The notes beneath the pieces are model-generated. The model did no database searches. It saw nothing but the letters and a program-made list of their open reading frames with translations, and was not told the DNA's origin. This document shows, piece by piece, positions 52,665-62,566 of a stretch of 64,000 nucleotides of DNA. Each line of letters begins with the position of its first letter. Position 1 is the first letter of the stretch. Origin of the DNA: Octopus bimaculoides (Eukaryota); NCBI RefSeq assembly GCF_001194135.2, contig NC_068994.1, positions 38,324,290-38,388,289 of the forward strand. The letters run 5' to 3'. Made by a program: the position numbers and the translations under genes.

Positions 52665-53645
52665 AGCTGTTGATTAAAAATTCAAAGATAGAAGTAGTTG
52701 TTTTAGCCTAATTTAGGGGTACTGATTTCAGATTCAAAACCAGCTTTCACTCATCACCTTTAGTTTTTTAGATATACATTATTATGATTTTGCGACAATT
52801 CACATAACTATATATATATGACCAATTTTTATTTTGCTTTCCAGATTTTTGTGATACATATCTCTGCAAAGGCTTCAGACACTTCAGAACACTGAGAATG
52901 CATCAACAAGACAAATTCATTCTGCTACGTATGTGGGGATTTCATGACAGTTGCACAGCACAAATCAATTACTTTCATTATTTTGACTGTAAAATTGGAG
53001 ATCAAAACAAATCCTGGGTCCCACACATCTGTTGTAAACCCTGCTACAATGGACTAACTGCATGGTTTAATGGCAAGAAAGCAGCCTTCAACTTTGCAGT
53101 CCTGATGGTCTGGAGAGAGAGCTATAAAGCCATGCAGATGATTGTCATTTTTGTCTAACAAATATAACAGGTTTCAATATTTCTTCTAGAAAAAAGATCA
53201 AATATCCCAACCTTCCCTCAGCTGTGAGACCTGATCCCCATTCAGATGATCTACCTGTCCCTACGACCCCAGCAAATAAGGATCTTCTTCCTTCATCAGA
53301 TGAAGAAATGTCTTCAGGGGAAGATTCTGAAAAGTCAATCTCTTCTGAGCAATCTATTCAGAAGCATGTGGCAATGAACCCCACTGGATCACACAGGAAA
53401 ACCTGAATGAGCTTGCCCGTGATTTTTATCTATCCTGGCTTAAGCAGTAGAACCTGGTCAAGGGAGATTTATGGGTCACCAGTTTCAGGACACGGAACCA
53501 GGACTTTGCTTCATTCTTCAACATGGAAAACAGGTTGTTCTACTGCATAATTGTCTCTGGGTTGTTCACCTTCCTTGGTTTCTCACACAATCCCTCAGAC
53601 TGGTGTCTTTCTATAGACTCTTCCAAGCAAAGTCTGAAGGCTGAT
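52665..53645 (+). mobile_element. 5' fragment of a degenerate DNA transposon, probably Chapaev3-like (CMC)
   Basis: Frameshifted peptides YFDCKIGDQNKSWVPHICCKPC, NFAVLMVWRE, DDCHFCLTNITGFN, IKYPNLPSAVRPDPHSDDLPVP and WCLSIDSSKQSLKA. The family name rests on recollection of Chapaev3 transposases. Absent from the matching intron of gene A. Confidence 0.7.
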
Positions 53646-53975
53646 TTCTAATAGAACTTTTTATATAATCAATATCTTATATATTCTATGTTAGAAATGA
53701 ACAATAACTGTTAATTACATTGTAGTCCCATACTTTTGGTGGAATGAAAGCTCCCTTCCTTGAAAAGCAATAAAGGATTAGCAACAGAAAGAGTTTCTGA
53801 GTGTATGCATTGCCTTAATATTCTACTCATCTGACTCATGCTAGGATAACAAAAATGAACATAAGATGAATGAACAAACTAAATTAAATATATGTAATTC
53901 TCTTTCATTAGTAAATATAATATTTAATTTACAAGTTTCTTACATCAGAAGAAATGTTTGGTATTTTTAACTTAC

Positions 53976-54123
53976 CTGGCAGTTCCTCATAGTGTCCAGC
54001 ACTACCGACACTCCAGCCATGACCACTATCAGTGTGAGATAATGTTGACATCTCACTGAGTTGATCGGTATTGTTTAGCTCTCTGTAACCTGGAGACATA
54101 CTTTCCTCTCTTGGAATAAAGAT
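53976..54123 (-). CDS. Pcdh: Pcdh gene B exon 3 (148 nt, phase 0 to 1): IFIPREESMSPGYRELNNTDQLSEMSTLSHTDSGHGWSVGSAGHYEELP
   Basis: tttttag|ATC acceptor and CCAG|gtaagt donor; in-frame one-codon deletion relative to gene A. Confidence 0.88.
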
Positions 54124-54458
54124 CTAAAAATATAAATCCAGTGGTTCATTATAATGTTCTGGACATTTAGAAATCAAAATATAATTCAGAAATTTAAACA
54201 GTTTTAAGAAACCTTCAGTTGGGAGGTTAATTTATAAAATTTGGTACAAGTCATCCGTTAGAAAGTTGAGCTCTTAAAAAAGACACAAAACATCTGTCAG
54301 AATACTGATGCAATTCATAGAATAGTTTACATTCTTTGTCTCCATGATATCTACAACACCACCATCTCTTAACACATATCTATGACTTGAGTTTGTAAAA
54401 TTTAGACAAGCTTACAATAGTAAGAAAGATATATATATATTAAGTGATTTAGTTAGCC

Positions 54459-55089
54459 GGCACTATCATGCTATTAGCTGCCAGAAGTGAAAGTGCTCAC
54501 TGCTAGTGAAGTATCTGTCTGTCTGCCTGTCTGCCTGCATGCNNNNNNNNNNNNNNNNNNNNNNNNNNNNNNNNNNNNNNNNNNNNNNNNNNNNNNNNNN
54601 NNNNNNNNNNNNNNNNNNNNNNNNNNNNNNNNNNNNNNNNNNNNNNNNNNNNNNNNNNNNNNNNNNNNNNNNNNNNNNNNNNNNNNNNNNNNNNNNNNNN
54701 NNNNNNNNNNNNNNNNNNNNNNNNNNNNNNNNNNNNNNNNNNNNNNNNNNNNNNNNNNNNNNNNNNNNNNNNNNNNNNNNNNNNNNNNNNNNNNNNNNNN
54801 NNNNNNNNNNNNNNNNNNNNNNNNNNNNNNNNNNNNNNNNNNNNNNNNNNNNNNNNNNNNNNNNNNNNNNNNNNNNNNNNNNNNNNNNNNNNNNNNNNNN
54901 NNNNNNNNNNNNNNNNNNNNNNNNNNNNNNNNNNNNNNNNNNNNNNNNNNNNNNNNNNNNNNNNNNNNNNNTATTAGCTGTCAGTAGCCAAAGAATCGAC
55001 AGGCCAGCAACAGGCATGCAGGTAGACAGACAGATACTTCACTAGCAGTGAGCACTTTCACTTCTGACAGCTAATAGCATGATAGTGCC
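54459..55089. mobile_element. MITE with ~80-bp TIRs around an N-gap
   Basis: GGCACTATCATGCTATTAGCTG..GAAGTATCTGTCTGTC is mirrored at 55013-55089. The 8-bp flanks AGTTAGCC / ATTTAGCC differ at one base (TSD-like). Superfamily uncertain. Confidence 0.78.
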
Positions 55090-55681
55090 ATTTAGCCAAG
55101 TAAACTGAGCACAGGAACAATAATGAACAGAGTATGTAATTCAATATGAAAACTGCATCTGAGTTCTGTAAGAACTATCAAATTGTATTTGATAGTTCAC
55201 CAATATTATACAACCAAAATACAAAAAATTATTTACAGATAAAAATAGCAAACATGTTTTATTTACATCTATTGTTTACTGCACTTGTGTTTATATAATA
55301 ATACTAGTAGAGATTAACAATTATTTCAAATAGTGTAAATATAATATTTCTCCAACCATAAAGATTGTGAAAGTCAATAAATATTTGTTGCTTCTCAATT
55401 TCATTTGCAGCACTCATATGGCGCTTTGCTACAAAAAATGAACTGAAAAGAGTCAGAAAATAGATGCAGAGAAGATACAGGTACAATAGGGGGAACAATT
55501 TAAATGTAAAATAGTGTGATTTGTATATAAAGAAAACAATTTTTAAATATTTTCTTAAGATGATTTCTCTGAAATATATATATACAAAGCAGTTATACTT
55601 CATGCAGGAACATATAAATAGATAAAACATGCAAGAACAACTCTTTTTCTTTGATTTTCCAAATAAATATAAGCAACTCAC

Positions 55682-58229
55682 CTGTTGAGGTCTTTTAAAG
55701 GTCAGATCATTCCATCTATCAGCTGACATATTCCTGCAGTGAATATCTTCTCTGTCTACCTTTGGTAGTTGAGATTTCTTCACATTTCTCTCCATTGTGT
55801 AGTGAATTCCAGGAGGAACACAAGTAGGATCAAATATATATTTTGATTGGATGTTTAATGTAGGTGTAACCTTGTGGTACATATCAACACTACTATCATA
55901 GTTGCTATCTGTCTGCTTCAGTCTATGAACTATACAGATTGATATAGAGATCACTATAACAACTGATACTATCACAGCTGCTATAACAATAACAATCATC
56001 ACATTCAATTGGAGACCATTACTTGATTCTGTTGTTGTCTTTGAAGGGGTCTTAAATATCTTTGATGTGTTGTTACTAACTGTTAGAGTCAAAGACAAAG
56101 TTGTTGTTGATGACAGAACTGGACGGCCACTGTCTTTCACACCTAATTCCAGTTCATAGAATCCGGCATCGTTTTGGTNNNNNNNNNNNNNNNNNNNNNN
56201 NNNNNNNNNNNNNNNNNNNNNNNNNNNNNNNNNNNNNNNNNNNNNNNNNNNNNNNNNNNNNNNNNNNNNNNNNNNNNNNNNNNNNNNNNNNNNNNNNNNN
56301 NNNNNNNNNNNNNNNNNNNNNNNNNNNNNNNNNNNNNNNNNNNNNNNNNNNNNNNNNNNNNNNNNNNNNNNNNNNNNNNNNNNNNNNNNNNNNNNNNNNN
56401 NNNNNNNNNNNNNNNNNNNNNNNNNNNNNNNNNNNNNNNNNNNNNNNNNNNNNNNNNNNNNNNNNNNNNNNNNNNNNNNNNNNNNNNNNNNNNNNNNNNN
56501 NNNNNNNNNNNNNNNNNNNNNNNNNNNNNNNNNNNNNNNNNNNNNNNNNNNNNNNNNNNAAATCCATAACCTCAACAACAACATTTGCTGTGTTCTCCAG
56601 TGATGGTGTTCCTTTATCTTTTACTAAAACCTTAAACTCAAACATGTTCTTTTCTTCCCTGTCTAGTGACTTAGTTGTGGAAATAAATCCCACATCAGAT
56701 ATCTGAAATGGTAGAATATCTTTTCCATTAGATAATAGAGAATAGGTTAATTGTCCTCCATCTCCAATATCTGGGTCTGTAGCATCAACATATCCCACAG
56801 GGAAGTCTTTGTGTTCATTTTCATAGGTGAGGAACTTATATATGTCTTGACTAAACTGAGGTTGTACATCGTTTATGTCAGTAACCAACATTGAAAATTG
56901 TCTCTCTACTTTCAATGGAGGTAAACCATTATCTTGACATTTAATGGTGAAATTAAATCTCTTCTCACTCTCTCTATCTATTTCACTCTTGACAACAACT
57001 TTGTATTTCTTTTCAGACTCTGAGATTAGCTGAAGATATCTATTTTGTAAACGACACTTCACTTGTCCATTTTCTCCATTGTCATTGTCAATAATTTCGA
57101 CAAAAGCAACAAAGCTGTGAATTTGAATTGCCTCTGAAATGAGAACTGTGTTTTCAGTTGACTTTAAGAGAAATTTGACATCAATGTTTGGTGGATTATT
57201 ACGATGTGTGACACCATTTACCTGAACAATGGCTGTTGAGGACATAGGTGTATTACCACTATCTCTGGCTTCAACAGTTATTCTATACATTTTTCCAAAT
57301 TGAAATTCATTCGTTATAAACATTTCTCCTGTTGTCTTATATAATTTAAAACACTGTTTGATTTTATTTGGGGTTTTAGCACTAAAAATGTATGAAATTT
57401 TTCCATTTACCCCTTCATCTAAATCAGTAGCCAACAACCTCAGAACAGGTTTGTGTATCTGATGTGTGTCATTTATTGTCACATTGTAGATATTTTGGGA
57501 AAATACAGGGGAATTATCATTTTTATCCTCCACTAATATTTTTATATCCAGTATACCTTCTTTTGGTGGAGATCCCCCATCTGTGGCAATCAATTGAAGA
57601 TTATAAATGCTTTTAGTCTCACGATCTAAGTTACTTTCTAGAATTATCTGTAATACACTAGATTCATCTGATCTCTTCAAAATGAACAATTTGAACGGAA
57701 TATGTAAATCTCTTAGCTGATATTTGATTTTTGAGTTCTGAATACTGACATCATTATCAATGGCATTTGGAAGTATTTCTCTTGTTCCTGTCAATACGTT
57801 TTCATAGAGTTGCAGGTGAAATTCATTAACTGGAAAGAAGGGATAATTGTCATTGATGTCTTCTATTATAACTTTGATTTTTAATATCTTGATAAAAGAA
57901 TGACTATGTTGAACTGCTATTTCCAATATCCTAAAACATTCCACATTATATTGGCACAGAATTTCTGCATCCAGTACGGCTGTTGTAATTAGGTGTCCTT
58001 CAGGTGTAACATTGAATAACTGAATACTTCCATCAGTACCACCCCGGATAACATTAAATGTAACTTTGTTGCTATCATCCTGAGTCTGTATATCATCCAG
58101 TAAGTGTGTATCAGTGACAATATTTCCAATAAAACTGTGTATGTCAATGTTCTCTTTCACATGGTAGATATGATCCACACACCAGCAACTGTCAGCTGTC
58201 AACAGTACCAACAAAACTATGAATAACAT
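55682..58229 (-). CDS. Pcdh: Pcdh gene B large exon (EC1-EC6, TM; N-gap 56179-56560)
   Basis: Cadherin motifs throughout. gccATG at 58229; tandem candidate acceptors at 58336 and 58328; donor CAG|gtgagt at 55682. Confidence 0.93.
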
Positions 58230-60564
58230 GGCTTCAGTCCTCAATTCTGTTGCAAGGATATGAATGTATAATGTTGACGGAATCTATCAAAAAATTGAGA
58301 CTTCTTCAATATATTCTTCTGTTTTCTCCTGTAAACCTGTAAAACATGTAAACTTATTATGCATAAGAAAGGATGTAGTAATTAAGAAAACTCATATAAT
58401 TTGTAAAATTATAAATTATGGCAAGGTGGCAGAATCATTAGCACACTAGACAGAATTATTGGCAGCATTTTGTTCATCTTTACATTCCAAATTCAAATTC
58501 TTCCATAGTTAACATTGACTTTCATCCTTTTGGTGCTTATAAACAAAGCAGCCATTGAACAGTATGGTCAATGTAATTTATTTACCCCTTCCACCAAACC
58601 TGCTGGCCTTGTGCCAAAATTTCAAGTCAAATTACAAGTTATGCCAAAGACTCTACAAATCATTCTAATCTTTCTCTTGGCATGCATTTCCAGCAACATA
58701 TAGTATAAACACTTTCCACCAGTAGTTTCAGGAACCTACTTTATCATTAAAACAAATGAAGGAAAGATATTTACATAAGGTCAACTGGCCTAGAATTTTA
58801 TGATACTATTTTCCTCCTACACAAACAAGTTATGTTTTGATATCTAAAAATATTACATCACATGTCTGATCTCTTATTTGGCAAAATATCTTAAATTTTC
58901 ATCATTTTAGAAACCTAATTTATCACTTCAGCAATCGAAAAGATATATACATAAATTTCACTTGTCTACATCCCTTAAATCATTTAATTTTCTCATTAGG
59001 TAAAATAAAAAATAGCATCTACACTGACACTCAAAGACCCCCTTTACAAATATTTGTTGAAACTGCTTTTTCACAAACTGTCATAATATTTAAAAAGGGA
59101 ACACATTGGATGATATATATCAAAGTCCACAAAGAAACGGAAAACTCCATAAAAAAAAAAAAAAAAAGAGATATGGTTATTATGGTTAGAACTGCCTTTG
59201 ATCATAGATCTGTTCAATCAGAAACAATTTGGAAATAAAAGGCAGCTGTGACTCATGTAACGTATGATTAGCTTTTCCACTGAAATCATATTTCTATAAA
59301 TTATCCATAATTAGTCTGATTAATTAATGATGAATGCATTTTCCAGAAATGCATTTATAGATACATTATGGTCAGCAGTAACTTTTGTAGTCTGAAGATA
59401 TCCAGTTGAGCTTTTCAGCAATTTGTTGTAGATAGAAAAATCATAACTTTTGCTCTAACATGCTAAAAACCTCATATGCAATAGGGATTCATTTTCCATT
59501 TTTCTTACTCTATACTAATGCCATACTTAACAAGTTTCACAACACTAGTTGTGCCAGGATATTGCGAAAATATCTTTCTGATTATTCTACTACTAAGAAT
59601 ATTTATAGTAGGCCAGAAGGATATGCCTCAAGCTACTACAATGAAGTTGCAGCCTTTACATTTAGACACAATTCATAAGTTTTTAGACATGGTTCATAAA
59701 CTATTGTTGAGATGGAAATTTTAAAAATTATTTATAGTGTGTTCTTCCATTTCTCAACTCATTTCAACTTGTTTTTTTTTTGTTTGTTTTTTTTTTTTTT
59801 GCTTCATTTTAAAACTAACCACTGTATGATGGATTAAGGATGCCATTTGCTTTAACATCATGACCTGGATCTTTCTATCTTTTATCCATTTAAGTCATAG
59901 TTCTGAGGCCATACTAAGGTACCACCTTGGTACTTCTAATGGGTTTGCACTTTTACAAAATTAATTTTAATTCTAGACTTTTACTATTGGTTTCTGTTTC
60001 AGATATCGATCGTTTTTCAGATTCATAGTTACTGAGTTACATTCTGTGATTAGCTTAACTGCAAAAAAAAGCTTCTGAGAAACCGAAAATACTAACAGAA
60101 CCCTATCTAAATGAGTTGTTCCCCTTTGCTCATGACCTACAAAAAGTATCAAAACAAAACATTTGCTTAACAGTCTAAGCTGAAAACATAATTTTCTTCA
60201 TCACATCTCCCTTCTAACTACAAATATTTAACCACTCTGTTATATTTAACATCATTCTCCCATTAAACATTAGCCATTCTAATCATAGTCAAACCGCCAG
60301 TAATTCCAGAATTTGCAGCAAGAGTAAAATTACAAATTTCAAAAATTTAGTGAAACTTTCCTGAAATTTACTATTCTAGATTGTCTTTAAGAAATACGTT
60401 TATATCATGACATGGTACAAATATCTGCGAAAAATTCTAACATTAAGTAAACTTATTCTATTATTACATCCTGTATGTAATAATAGAATGAACTTGTGAA
60501 TAAATAAAACATTTTAAAACATACAAACGTTTACACATCAGAATAAGTTTTAAAAAGAACTTAC

Positions 60565-60794
60565 CAACAGTTGTCAGTTGTTTATGTAGCTGTTGCTGTG
60601 CTATTTCAATGTTCTGGCAACAAAGTTATATTAGCAGTAGAAGTTCTGAGCAGTTTGGTATGTGATAGTGTTCTATGAAGTTGGTTGTATAGTATGTAAT
60701 GTGTGTTGTAGCCAATGACAAGCTGTCTTTTATTCTAATGCAAGGAAACGGAAGTACAGCCTCCAGTTCTTGCAGTTAATGATGGGCTGACTCA
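60565..60794 (-). promoter_or_regulatory. Gene B promoter block and non-coding exon 1
   Basis: TGACTCA 60788-60794, CGGAAGT 60749-60755, CCAAT 60712-60716 and donor CTGTTG|gtaagt at 60565. Confidence 0.78.
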
Positions 60795-61667
60795 CAGACT
60801 GGTTTATTTAAGCCACACACACTTACATATATATGTGTATGTGTGTTAGTACATAATTGAATAAGGAAGAAATGTCTAATGATTAGAATGAAGAGGACAG
60901 GCAATAAATTCAGTATGGAAAATATAATTTCTAAATAATGATAATATGAGTAAAATTATGGGAAATATGTATAACTTTAGTAACTTTATCAAAAAAATTG
61001 CACATAGCTTTAAAAAAGTCAAGATGAAACCAAAGTAAAATAAATTTGTATTAAAAAAAAATACATGTTTGCAAATATTAATATAAGACACCAATGGAAT
61101 GACAGAGATAATCTTTTTATAAAATACGAAACTATGGCTATCAATAAACTTATTAATGTTTAGTGGAACTGTGTAAAGTACAACATTGAAGAAAAGCAGA
61201 ATGAGATACTAAGCATGAAGAATGATATTTAAGTAACGCATAACCACTATTGTAATAAAATATACTGTACATTTCAGATATTGTAACAGGGTAGTAATAT
61301 GTACGAGTTTGGGATAATTAAAATTAGCATAAGCTTCTTGAGATTTACTATTTCAGAAATGTTAGAACGCTGAATAAAACGTTTGACATATTTAGTGACA
61401 AGCTACTATGCACTGTGCTAAAATTGCTACGAGGTTAATGAGAATGAATATAAACAAAATAATTGGGTTGACTTACTGCAAATTAAAATCTAAAAATAGA
61501 AGCTGAAAACTAACAGAAACTAATGAATGAAACATTATTGGTGCATGTTCTACTATAAGATGAAATATTGTTATATTATTGATATTTTCTAGTTATGTAT
61601 TCCTTACTGAAAATGTATTGCCTGTCTTGAGAAGATAATGTTTTGTTATGTTCTTGAAATTATGCTA

Positions 61668-61978
61668 TTAGACGTTTGTTGCAGATAGAGGAGGAGGAGG
61701 TACCTGGGGTGATGAAGGTACCTTTGGTAGTGTTGTTATTTTGGGTACAGCTGGCAGAGATGGTTTACAGTCTGAAGTAAACTGACTTTTCACTGGTACT
61801 GTAGAATGTTGTGCAGTCCCAGTTATAGATAAAGGTATTTGGTCATTTGAGAAGGAAGTGTTATCGATGTTAGGTTGATGGTGATATCCATATTTATTAT
61901 CTCCCCTTGATCTGTTGAGTGTATTTTGAAGTTGATTTCTCCTATTCCATGTATGGTCACTTTCATAACGGCACAGAT
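61668..61978 (-). CDS. Pcdh: Pcdh gene A terminal exon (phase 1): DLCRYESDHTWNRRNQ...KPSLPAVPKITTLPKVPSSPQVPPPPLSATNV*
   Basis: atttttag|ATCTGTGC acceptor; 311 nt = 2 nt + 103 codons. Confidence 0.88.
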
Positions 61979-62566
61979 CTAAAAATTTTGAGATTTTATA
62001 TAAATTCATTTTGCAATGAAAAATTAGACTTTTTAAAATTTCTTTCATGCATGTAATTATTCTACATCTGTGTAGGTTTCCTCAAAACTTTGAATTTCTA
62101 ATCGACAACTTAATAATTTATTGATAATGAAGAATATAATTAATTACAGATGTTTCTCATATTAACATTTACATTCTTGATTATGGAGCAGTCATGAGAA
62201 GGAATTTTGGAATAAGAATATATGTGAATAAATTTTAATAGAACTTTATATACAATCAATATCTTAACCCCCATTTCTGAAAGTGTTACAGATGGACAAT
62301 ACTCATTAATTTGTTGTTAAATCAGTCCTTTTTATTTGGAGACTGGTAGAATAAAAGCTCCATTCTTTGAAAAGCAACGGATGGATTAGTTACAGAAAGA
62401 GCCTTTATGTGTAAAGCATTGCCATAATATTCTACTCATCCGATTTATGCTAACATAAGAAAAATGAACAAACTAAATTAAATATATGTATTACAATCTC
62501 ATTAGGAAATATATTTAATTTAAATGTTTCTTATATCTGAAGAAATGCTTGGTATTTTAAACTTAC

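Noticed and set aside
54466-55045. Long ORFs here and at 10735-11013, 29876-30319 and 62915-63616
   Set aside because: They are mostly runs of N translated as X.
39189-58244. Apparent frameshifts splitting genes B, C and D into two ORFs (pseudogenes)
   Set aside because: Each break coincides with an N-gap of estimated length. No stop codons occur in the readable sequence.
41583-58244. N-terminal extensions shown in the ORF track for B, C and D
   Set aside because: They start at TTG. Aligned ATGs in good context precede the signal peptides.
26100-60950. CTCF / CGCT-box element in the promoters
   Set aside because: No GC-rich CTCF-like motif is visible in any of the five blocks by eye. A PWM scan would be needed to exclude weak sites.
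20254-61978. WIRS motif (hydrophobic-x-T/S-F) in the cytoplasmic tails
   Set aside because: Candidates KYTF, SNTF and NTSF lack the leading hydrophobic residue.
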